64,000 bases of DNA from NCBI GenBank assembly GCA_001643675.2, contig LSRY02000007.1:434001-498000 (forward strand), in the 5' to 3' direction. Both the position numbers and the translations under genes were made by a program. Shown piece after piece: positions 53,664 through 64,000 of this stretch; the stretch's first letter is position 1; each line of letters opens with the position of its first letter. Under the pieces are notes generated by a model, which ran no database searches, was not told where the DNA came from, and saw only the letters and a list, made by a program, of their open reading frames with translations. This DNA comes from Monocercomonoides exilis PA203. Its lineage: Eukaryota; Protista; Preaxostyla.

Positions 53664-54730
53664 TACCATCGTACAGAAACACTGTAATTTTTCAAAAACC
53701 CTGACTTTTTAGAAATATTCATATTTTTCAACAAGTTTCAAAAATAAAATTATAATAATTCACACATTCACACATCAGTATATAACACATCTAACAATGT
53801 TGAAATTTTTATTTGTAGTGCTGTATTTATGAAGAAATAAATAATTTTTATTTTTGAAAATTTGACTTTTAATGAATTTTTCTATTTTTATAAAACGATT
53901 CAGTTCATCTTTTATACACATAACTTATTTTTTCAATGTTATAAATAATTCTGGTTATTTTTCATTTTCGGCAATTTGCTCTTTCCAACGGAATGAAAAT
54001 CTGTCATTTTCAAAAATCACAGTCAATGGGATAACTGAAAAAATATTTTTTGCAAAACACAAAAACATCCAAGTGAATTTAACGTATGCATCAATAAATA
54101 TGATAGTTATATAAAATTTCTTCATTGATGAAATTTAAAATGATACAGTAGGTATATCATGAAATACAATTTGGTAGAAAAATCATTGAAAATGATAAGA
54201 AAAAATCAACAATTATAAAAACAATCTTTGTTAACTAAATACCTACTGTATCATTTTAAATTTCATCAATGAAGAAATTTTATATAACTATCATATTTAT
54301 TGATGCATACGTTAAATTCACTTGGATGTTTTTGTGTTTTGCAAAAAATATTTTTTCAGTTATCCCATTGACTGTGATTTTTGAAAATGACAGATTTTCA
54401 TTCCGTTGGAAAGAGCAAATTGCCGAAAATGAAAAATAACCAGAATTATTTATAACATTGAAAAAATAAGTTATGTGTATAAAAGATGAACTGAATCGTT
54501 TTATAAAAATAGAAAAATTCATTAAAAGTCAAATTTTCAAAAATAAAAATTATTTATTTCTTCATAAATACAGCACTACAAATAAAAATTTCAACATTGT
54601 TAGATGTGTTATATACTGATGTGTGAATGTGTGAATTATTATAATTTTATTTTTGAAACTTGTTGAAAAATATGAATTTTATGAAAAAGTCCGGGTTTTG
54701 TCCCATTCCCGGGTTTTGTCCATGACTATA
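53664..54730. mobile_element. 1.07-kb foldback non-autonomous element, copy 2
   Basis: Arms 53717-54155 and 54239-54677, with the same spacer and asymmetric termini as copy 1. Flanks diverge just outside the TA ends. Confidence 0.9.
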
Positions 54731-55653
54731 TATTGCAGAGTTCACTTTCACTTCAATCAACGAGTTGATGTGTAATTCTAGTGAAAGTGTTTGTGTTATG
54801 TCTTCGAAATAAGGATTTTGTTTAAAAGCCACTTGTTATTTTCGTTTTTTGATGGTTATTGATTGAAATTAAAAACGAAAAAAAAATGAAAAACATTATG
54901 AATTTCATCAATCATGAAAGCTGAAATAAATTTTAAATTATTTCATTAGTGTCGACTTTTTGAAGGGATTTTTTCACTTATTGGTCCTTATTTTGTTTAT
55001 CGTCGCCAATCAATGGAAAGTCTTAAATGATTTTCAGCCTATATATAACACTTTTAAAACGATACAAGCGCTGTAATTTACAGGTTTGTTTTTTTTGTTT
55101 TTACAACACTCATTGAGATATTACAATTTTTTGTTTATTTATAAGTGGCTTTTGACAGCCAACGAAGCCTTTCACAAAAAATTGCAGTCCAGTTCATGGA
55201 CTTCACATATTTCCCCTTTTATCTTGAAATTCTTTTATTTAACACCATCTTTTTTCTATATTTTTAATATTTATTTTTTTATTTTTATTTTTATTTTTAT
55301 TTTCATTTCTTGTTTGGGTGATTATTTTTGAAGTCATAATTTTTTTCGGTGTGTTGTGTTTTCAAAGATTGTTTATCGTTGGGAAGAGATTTTGTATTCA
55401 AATGATGATATTATCACAATTTCTTCAAAAATAAGTGTTTAAGCTGAAATGAAAATGAAGATGTTTTGAAAAAGCCTTTTCATTTTTCACTGCTCTTTTG
55501 TTGATATAAAAGGGATCTTTTTAAACTATAGTTTTTGAAAGATGAAATTTGATATCAAAAATTATCACACATTTTTTATTTCTTTATTTCTTTATTTGTT
55601 TCTTTATTTGTTTCTTTATTTGTTTATTTTTTGAAACGTGCAAACATTTTATT

Positions 55654-55946
55654 TATTATTTCTTTGAAAATGTGATGAAATGTTAATAATTGAAATATTT
55701 CATGAATACAAACACTCAAATAATGAAGTTTATTAAATTCAAAGCGTTGGCTTGTTCTGTTTGTCTCTTTTTTAACTGTATAACAAAATTGTTTTCGAAG
55801 ACAATAATTACTTACAACGATTATCCTGTGTGAGACAAACAGAACAAGCCAACGCTTTGGATTTTTAAAACTTCTTTATTTGAGTGTTTGTATTCATGAA
55901 ATATTTCAATTATTAGCATTTCATCACATTTGTCAAGAAATAATCA
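55654..55946. repeat. Palindromic MITE-like element (~115-bp arms, 64-bp spacer)
   Basis: aaatgtgatgaaatg..caaagcgttggcttgttctgtttgtctc vs gagacaaacagaacaagccaacgctttg..catttcatcacattt. Confidence 0.8.
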
Positions 55947-55975
55947 ATTTCGTGTTAACATGGAGCAAAAAAAAG

Positions 55976-56035
55976 GAAAAAGAAAAGAAAAGAAAAGAAA
56001 AGAAAAGAAAAGAAAAGAAAAGAAAAGAAAAGAAA
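55976..56035 (+). repeat. (AAAAG)n microsatellite
   Basis: Tandem pentamer run seen directly. Confidence 0.9.
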
Positions 56036-57499
56036 AATAAATGATTTCATGGTACAAAACACAGTCAAAACAGGACATAATCACATAGAATACAAACACA
56101 TTCGTTTGTAGTCACTCTTTTCCATGCACAGACATATTTAGCCTATTTTTCATTCATTTTCCATCGCATATAATCACAGGGCAAATTTTATTAATCCAAA
56201 TCTGTTTTATGATGGGCTTATTTTTCATTGAAAATTCAACTTTTCGATCAAAAATCTCAATTTTTTGATTTTTCAAAATTATGTCTTCATAAGTCTGAAT
56301 AACATAATAAAACATAAATAATTGCTATTTCAATAAATAAATATGATTTCGTGAAGAATTTTTAAAAATGGAAAAATTGACCCAAAATGGATTAAATATT
56401 CATAAATATTTATTTTATACTGCGTAAAGCAACATCGCATATAATCACAATCGGATATTGGTGTTTATTTAAGGAATCATATTTTTTCTTTCAAATATTT
56501 CGGTTCGAAAAAATTTCTTAAATATTAACAACAGAACACTGAAAAGTGAAAATACTGATTAAAGATATCTTCATCATCATTTCTGCTTTAACATTTGTAT
56601 TTGAAATGGTTTTGATGAAATTTATCATAAGAAGGCATAAGTGTAAAAAAATACCTCCTTCAGTTTTATGATTTTTTTCATTTCAACAAATTAGAAATAA
56701 ATAACATAAAAAAGCAACACTTTTGGGTGGAGTAGTTTTTTGATTCTTTGACTAAAATTTCTTCAAAAAAATTTTGTGATCAATCCCATAACTGAATTTT
56801 CATAATCATCTTTTTCACTTTTAATGTTTATTTGCGATAATTGAGAATCAATCTTAACATCAAGTGAAACTGTTTATTTTAAGAAACAAGATGAGTGTGT
56901 AATTTATCATTATTTTTTTTTTTAATCTGTTATTCTTTTAATATTTAACTTTCACTTATTTATCAATAACAATTCATAATATTTCGTTGAAATAAGTTTT
57001 TCTCAATGAAAACGTTTGTTGTAGAATTTATAATTATTATTAAAGATTCATATTATCATTCATCATGGAGAATTCTTTGATTTATAAGTTTTTTATTTTT
57101 TTGAATTGAAATGCTTTCCATTTGAAATGAAGGCTATCATTATTGTTTTTTTATTGATTTTGCTAAATGAGACATAATTGTTAGATAACGATTATTGTTC
57201 ATTTTGCTTTTGTCAAATTGTCTCAAATAATAAAAATTGTGAATGAAAATACAAAAAATGTGCAGTATTCACGTGATTTATTTTTTGAGGGCTCGTTTTT
57301 CAAAATGAAAAGAACGAAAAACTTCAAAATGAATAAATGCCGACGGAAGATGTTTATTAATTGTTAAAGAAGCTGCTCGTAATAAACTTGAAATACCGTA
57401 ACAATCTCGATGTGTTTTTAATTCCACAACATATCAAATTTGATGGTTAAGAAGCCAAATATTGAATCGGCTCAATGGAAGTTTTCATTTTTTCTTTTT

Positions 57500-58830
57500 T
57501 AAATTACCAATGATTTCTGAATAATGCATGAACTTCAAGAATATGAAGATGAAATGGAAGAAGAGGAAGAAAAAGAAGAAGAAACAGAAGGAGAAGGAGA
57601 AGAAGAAAAAAAGGAAGAGGAAAAAGAAGAAGGAGCAATTGGAGCAGAAGAGGAAGAGGAAGAGATGGAATACATGTCAACTATTGTTTTTTCAGAGAGC
57701 TGTGATTGAACTGGGAGATTTGCATTGGCAAGCATTGAGTCAAAAGACAAGGAAGTTTGTGTGGGCGCTGCTTTGACAGGAAAAACAGGACGAGAAGAAG
57801 GAAGCTTAGAAAAGGGAATGGAAGCATTTTGAACTGAAGAAGAAGAAGAAGATGATGATGATGGAGATATTGTTGTTGAATGACACATCAAAGAACCCAT
57901 AGAGCGTGAGAAAAATACCTGAAACGGTGAATGCACAGGTGTTGCAGTTGAAGAAACAGCAACTGGCTTCCCAGTCGATTCTGTACGCGCTTCAGAGCAT
58001 TCAAGTGTCTACATTTGGTTCTGTTTCCTTTGCCTCACATCCTCATCCTCCTCCTATTCTTCTTCCTATTCTTCTTTTTCTTCTCCTTCTCCTTCCCCTT
58101 CTCGTTCTCGTTCTCGTTCTTTTTCTCTTTCTCTTTCTCCTTCTCCTTCTCCTTCTCCCCATTATCTGCCTTTTGAGACGCTAATGATTGCCCCATCACC
58201 TCCTGCGCATGTTGCATCATCAGCTTCGCCTGGCTTGTCTGATTGACAGCTGTTTTGAATGTGAATAGAACAACCACAAAAATACGGGCAAGAACAAGAG
58301 CAATGTGGAGAACAACAAAAAGGGAGGTGGAAGATCTGAAGGGGTTGTTGTGGGTCTGGTGGTGAGTAGATGGAAGGAGAGAAGAATTCACAATTGAAGA
58401 AGAAGTGCAAGAGGAAGAAGAAGAAGAAGAAGAAGGAGAAGAAGGAGAAGAAGAAATTGTGGTGGTCTTGACAAGCAACCGTCCAACGAAGAAGAATTTT
58501 GATGTTGAATAACATGATTATTTCGAACCCAAATGTTCTCGGGTTTAATCCTCCGCTTTTCCCACATTTGAATAAGCTCATCTGTTTTTTTTTCGTTGTT
58601 TCTTCTTTCTTTGTTATTTCTCTCAAAGCACTCTCCTTCTTCTTCACATTTATAAACCTTGTTAATAAGATTTGCAGTTTCAACAAGTTGCATCTCTTCA
58701 TCTGGTAGAAGTTTCAATCGAGTTCTGTGCAGGCCTCGAAATAGACGCCTTCCTGTTCCAATGCATCAGTCAAATTGAATGGCTGATGAAGAGCATCAAA
58801 TACATCAAACTCGATGTGTATGGTTGACAT
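57500..58830 (-). pseudogene. Degraded low-complexity host gene carried inside the TIR element
   Basis: Consecutive broken ORFs (MSTIHIEFDVFDALHQPFNLTDALEQEGVYFEACTELD / LLPDEEMQLVETANLINKVYKCEE / poly-S / AKLMMQHAQEVMGQSLASQ / KE repeats) interrupted by stops and frameshifts. Confidence 0.5.
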
Positions 58831-59379
58831 CTTTGATAAAAACGAAGATGAATGAAAAGAAGATGATTGGTAGGAGGATGATATTGAAGATGAGAAATGG
58901 GAAAAGAAAATTTTGTCTGTTGAATAAAAGCCAGATAATGCGATATGCTGAGTGTGTTGAAAAGAGGAAAGATGATCAACCAAAAAGAAGCGAACGAAGA
59001 ATCAACTTCTATATGATGTGGAAAAAAACATGTTAATGGCAAGAGAATGCGTTGATGTGTTGCTTCGCTTTGATGATTAAAACCATTCAATAAGGAACGA
59101 TGAAAAGAATAGGAAAAAGTTGTGGAGAATTGAAAAAAAAAGATTCACCAAATGAATTTGCATAATATGCATAACGTGAACAATCTTTCGTAAAGTTGGT
59201 GCACAATTTACAGTGATTTTCGTATCAGCTTTTCTGAAGGGAAGTGTTTGAGAATGAACAAATATTTGGGTGAGTAGGATGAGGAAGGCATCTTGCGTAT
59301 CTGTCATGAGAAAAGAACAAATTCTATAATTTCACATGGACCAAGTTGTGTTATTTTGCAGAGATCGGCATTTATTCCA

Positions 59380-59870
59380 TTATTTGACACGATATTGAAT
59401 GTTGTAACGAGAGGGAGCCAGTCATTGAGCACATCGAAATCAGCTTGTCCATTATTCCACACTCTTTATGTTGGAATTGTTGAACCACATTGCTGGAATG
59501 GAGATTGAGTGATTGCATTGGCATTGAAAAACACATTGTTTCCTCTTCCATTAGTTGCAGTATTACCATCAAAGAAACAAAATGTGATGAATTTTTCTCC
59601 GTTCATCCAAGAATAAGTTGAATGAAAATAAATTGGGGCACCTCCATAATTCGCATAAATAGTCAGTTTGTTATTGATGAACTGGCATTCATTGATTGAA
59701 AACTGAATTAACTTTGCAGATGAAAGATTATGAAATGAAAAACCAGCGGAATCACACCAATATTTGAAAAGCATTTGCTTTTTGTTAACATAAACTGTCA
59801 GTTTGATAGAAAACAACTGATTCCAAAATGCCATCCAGTTCCACGCTAATCAATAATCTTTCAACTTTCA
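59380..59870 (-). pseudogene. Fragment of the Cys/Gly beta-repeat surface-protein family inside the TIR element
   Basis: FSINECQFINN..NYGGAPIYF..FITFCFFDGNTATNGRGNNVFFNANAITQSPFQQCGST, homologous to 5685-5912. Confidence 0.65.
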
Positions 59871-60712
59871 GCTTTGTTTTCTTAGAATATCAAAACAGAA
59901 TTTGACTGTGGATAACCTAAACAAATCGCTTCTTTATATAAATACGAGTAATTTGCGAAATAAGGTTTCGGATATCTGCATCTCACGAATTATAAACAAT
60001 AAATAAATTTGAATTTGGTAAATAAAAACTTATTTCAACGAAATATTATGAATTGTTATTGATAAATAAGTGAAAGTTAAATATTAAAAGAATAACAGAT
60101 TAAAAAAAAAAATAATGATAAATTACACACTCATCTTGTTTCTTAAAATAAACAGTTTCACTTGATGTTAAGATTGATTCTCAATTATCGCAAATAAACA
60201 TTAAAAGTGAAAAAGATGATTATGAAAATTCAGTTATGGGATTGATCACAAAATTTTTTTGAAGAAATTTTAGTCAAAGAATCAAAAAACTACTCCACCC
60301 AAAAGTGTTGCTTTTTTATGTTATTTATTTCTAATTTGTTGAAATGAAAAAAATCATAAAACTGAAGGAGGTATTTTTTTACACTTATGCCCATAAGAAT
60401 ACAAAATCTCTTTTCAACGACAAACAACCTTTGAAAAGTCAATTCCCCGAAAAAGTTATGATTTCAAAAATAATCACCCATATAGCTTTAGAATGATGCG
60501 CAATGCTCGATGTGATTTTTTCCGATTTGGACTGCTCTTGTTAATATTTTTTCAGTAATTACTTTTTCACAAAAATCAAATGTTCCGATATTTTTCGGTC
60601 ACCTATTTTGTTCATTTGTCTAAACTTCAATCAAAAACATTCGCTTCGTATTATTATGTTTTCAGTTTTTTGTTCTGCACATTTTTTTGAATCATTAAAC
60701 TTAAAGTTGGGT

Positions 60713-60945
60713 AATTCATTTTTTAAAGTCGCAAATGATTAATTTCCAAATAAATCAGTAATTTTCATATTTTTCTCAAATTTTTGTCAAAATACACCAA
60801 TCTTCACAAAAATGGAATCTGTTTCTGTAAAATACTATTTCAAACATTCTAGAGGAGATTCGTCTGTGGAAACCGAAATTTGAGCAAAATATGAAATTTT
60901 TGTTTTATTTGGAAATTAATCATTTGCGACTTTTAAAAATGAATT
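60713..60945. repeat. Small inverted-repeat (MITE-like) element
   Basis: aattcattttttaaagtcgcaaatgattaatttccaaataaa vs tttatttggaaattaatcatttgcgacttttaaaaatgaatt. Confidence 0.7.
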
Positions 60946-60972
60946 TCTCAGTTTGCGTTAACAATGGTGGAC

Positions 60973-61328
60973 ATTTTAAATAGCTAAGGACAGCACAATA
61001 ATCTCTTTAACCGCTGAAAGTTGTATTTCGATAAAAAAGCTCATAATTCAAATCATGAAAAAATACTTATATAACTTTCGGAAACGAAACAGCTTGTTCC
61101 AAAGAATAATGAAAATTTTATTTTCTGTTTTCGGGATAACCCAGGGTATCTTTTTTCCTTGGCTTCTCTCATTTGATAAATTAATAAAAATGGTTTTTCG
61201 TTGATTTGGATGGTGATGAAAACTAATAATAAATGTTTGTTTGCATCATTTCATTAATTCGTTTTTTTATCGAAATACAACTATCAATGGTTGAAAAGAT
61301 TATGCCATGATCCACAGTTATTTGAAAG
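60973..61328. repeat. Degenerate inverted-repeat (MITE-like) element
   Basis: Core agttgtatttcgataaaaaa vs ttttttatcgaaatacaact, with weaker similarity extending over ~100 bp per arm. Confidence 0.55.
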
Positions 61329-61885
61329 TACCTAAAATTATTAGTAAAAACAATATGAAAGAAATGTGAAGAAAAGAAAAACAGATAAAGAAAGACATAT
61401 ATGACTTCATGAGGAAAAACCCACAGTTTATTCGAGAGCTTTTCACAAAATTACATAATTCAGAAAGATAATAAGAGTTAAACGTTAATCTCAATGTGAT
61501 TTTTTAAAAGAAAATGTATTTCCTTTTAAGCGTCGTCATAATATGCATGAATTTTCCGATGTTGTTCATTTTTTCAAAATCCCATTGAAAACAAAATTTT
61601 GATCAAAACTCGAACAGAAGAATGATTTCAAAAAGGATCAGCCATATCACGAAATAATGTATTATTGAAAGATGAAAACGAATCACTAAATATACTGATT
61701 GTAAAGTGAGAGATTATTCACAACAAAAATTAGAAAAATTTGATGGAAATTCGTAATTTCATTCAAAATCTAAAAATAAAAACCGAAAAATTCATTCAAA
61801 TAAGGAAGAAAATAAACTAATAATGTTTTTCTTTTATTAAAAAAATAAAAATTTTCATTTATTAACTCAAATTGAATGATGATGC

Positions 61886-63583
61886 TCAACGAACGAAGAT
61901 GAGAAGACAAGCAGGAAGAATTATTGAAACAGCTAGAGAAATTGAAGATATGAGGTGTATAGTTTTACTCTTTGGAATCAATATTCCTCCAATGCAAGCA
62001 CCTAGAAAATGAAAGACAATTTTGATTGGAAAAAACAAATTTAAAAATAAAATGATTCAATCAAAAAAGAAAAAAGAAGAAAGATTATGAAATTGATACA
62101 AAAATAAAAAAATAACAAAAATGTTTTAAGAGAAAAATCCAATTATTTTTGTCTTTTAACTTTTTTCATCATAAAAATTCTCAATTTCAATTTTTAATCT
62201 TTCTTTCAAATTTGTTCCTTTCCATGTGAAACATTAAACTCAAACCTCCGAGCAGCCCTCCCAAATGTGCATAGTTATCTATATGAGGCCCTGTTCCAAA
62301 GATAAACATTATCATCATGAAAAGGGCAAAATTGACAATATTATTAACTCTGAAATACAGTTAAGTGATTTGCATTTGTCAAATCATTCACCATACGATT
62401 AATCATTGACAATACATTTATTTTGATTTAGAATTAAAAAATTCGAAAAATACAATAGCACACTTGGTCATTTGATCCATTTCTTTCCATTTACATAATA
62501 TATCAACAATCAATGCACCATACACCCCAAGTAGTGCACCACTTGCTCCAACGCTAACTTTCGAGTCATTTGGTATTGAAGCAGACAAAAGACATCCACA
62601 AAATGCAGACAAAAAATATATCACCATTGTCTGCACGATACATAATCCAAATTAGAAATAAATTGGATAAAGCAAGCAAATATTAATTTAAATAAATAAT
62701 TTAAGTTTTCAATTTGGAAACTTAATTTTGAAATAAGCGTTACAAACCTTAATTTTCCCCCAATCAACTTCTTTATAAAGCATAATTCGATATTGAAAGA
62801 ACATGTTAAATGCATAATGTGAAATGTCTGAATGCATCAAAACAGGAAGAATCAATCTCCAAATCTATTATAATCATGAAATTTTAATTAATTGGTAATT
62901 CAAAAAGTCAATAAAAAAGTGAATTGAAAAAACACTCAAAAACCTGAAACTTGTACTTGACAAGAGGACGATAAAGCGCTCCTAATTTTATAAGAACGTT
63001 TGTGGAAATGCCAAAGCTGAAATTTTTTGTTGTTGCCCAAGAAAACGAATATTCTATAATAAGATAGATGAGCTGGCATGAATAGAACAAAAATGAAAAT
63101 AACATCATTGAAAATCTAGACACCTGTAGAATCATCATTATTATTGTAAAACTTGAAAAAAATCGTTTCCAATCTTTTTGCCTTGTTGCAGAACAACATG
63201 GGCCAATACAGCATGCACATCCACACATTGTTGCAATTATTTCCGCAGTGTTTTGAGATCTATCAGATGGAAGATTGTCGCTCCAAAATCCGTCAACCAT
63301 TCTTGGAGTTTGAGTTGAGCTTTGAGGAAACTGCATAAAAGAAGTGTTTCTTGAGGTATTATGTGCCCTTCCCTCTTCTAAATCCCTTTTTAAAAAAATA
63401 AAATAAATACAATAAATCCATTTTATAAATAGCAAGCCAAGGAGCAGGGGATGTTCTTCCAGAAAGAGAGCGACCTTGATTTGGTCTTCCAGTTGAATGA
63501 ATTGTTTGTCCTTCTGAATTCCACGGATTTGGAAGCTGCATTTCATCTCCTTTGTTTGGATCCAGTGTGTGTATTTGGGACAT
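61886..63583 (-). CDS. Rhomboid-family intramembrane serine protease (multi-exon)
   Basis: Spliced product contains the WR motif (IWRLILPVLMHSDISHYAFNM), catalytic GASG (VSVGASGALLG) and catalytic His (IDNYAHLGGLLGG). The last exon ends ..CLLIFVR* at 61886. Confidence 0.9.
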
Positions 63584-63749
63584 TTTTATTTTAAAATAAA
63601 AATCACAAAGAAAAATAAAAAGTACGAAAATTAAACATTCGTATTGGGTACAACCATATTATTTAAATTTCATTCATTTGAAATTACTTTTTTTGTGAAA
63701 CTTTGCGTTAACATTACATCAAATATAGCAGCAATAGCTTTACGTAGAA

Positions 63750-64000
63750 ATGGATAAATTGCTCACTCCCAAACAAGCTTGTGTGAAATACGTTTTATTT
63801 GCTTCAAAATATGCTTTTCTTCAATATCAAATTGTTTCTTGTTATTAATGTTATTGTTTCAAGACAAGCCTTCACCCATAAAGGTTCCAGAAAGCATGTC
63901 ACCTCGCGCTCCTCAGAGTCCAATGACACCCATTCGTTCCGCTCAATCGAATCAAAAAAGTGATAAGAGAGTAACAAATATTATTTTGAAAGCTAAGGAT
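63750..64000 (+). CDS. Probable 5' end of a gene divergent from the rhomboid (truncated by the window)
   Basis: ATG at 63750: MDKLLTPKQA, a GT-AG intron, then YKPSPIKVPESMSPRAPQSPMTP, open to the window edge. Confidence 0.4.

Larger units (their letters stand above)
56634..60391. mobile_element. 3758-bp non-autonomous TIR transposon (probably Merlin-type) carrying host-gene fragments
   Basis: 368-bp apparently perfect TIRs at 56634-57001 and 60024-60391, starting GGCATAAG. 8-bp TSD cataagaa at 56626-56633 and 60392-60399. No transposase seen inside. Confidence 0.9.
55315..60482. mobile_element. Old inverted-repeat element whose right arm is interrupted by the 3.76-kb insertion
   Basis: Left arm ~55315-55557 (tgggtgattatttttgaagtcataa..) aligns in reverse to 60400-60480 and continues into 56633-56474. 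Confidence 0.7.

Noticed and set aside
56070-56450. Repeated catcgcatataatcac motif (near 56162 and 56433)
   Set aside because: Only two or three dispersed copies with no regular spacing; likely transposon remnants, not a CRISPR-like array.
61886-63583. Rhomboid as a dedicated sheddase for the neighbouring surface proteins
   Set aside because: Proximity alone is not evidence of function in a eukaryotic genome.
1-64000. rRNA, tRNA, CRISPR arrays, or a site-specific recombinase for the inverted cassette
   Set aside because: None recognisable by eye; tRNAscan-SE, Rfam and HMM searches would be needed to exclude them.

Overview
AT-rich, intron-containing eukaryotic DNA using the standard genetic code. 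Short GT-AG introns, Ser/Glu low-complexity proteins and giant Cys/Gly-rich receptor-like genes suggest an oxymonad such as Monocercomonoides (inference from sequence style, no search run). Genes: two copies, about 47 kb apart, of a ~3070-aa receptor-like gene with a pseudokinase tail; a helical-repeat protein; an RGG-rich RING-H2 protein; two convergent vWA/transmembrane/beta-fibre paralogues; a MATE transporter with a very long low-complexity tail; a rhomboid protease; and several pseudogenes. DNA transposons are abundant: a decayed Merlin/IS1595-type element inserted in a surface-protein gene, a 3.76-kb non-autonomous element with 368-bp TIRs and an 8-bp TSD carrying host-gene fragments, two copies of a 1.07-kb foldback element, and several palindromic MITE-like elements. 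The most striking feature is in the vWA paralogues. They are otherwise highly diverged but share an apparently identical, in-frame 528-bp inverted repeat (23946-24473 / 26586-27113). It brackets a 2.1-kb segment holding both C-terminal tips, so inverting the segment would swap the two proteins' tips in frame, as in phage tail-fibre inversion switches. All alignments and exon models were made by eye.
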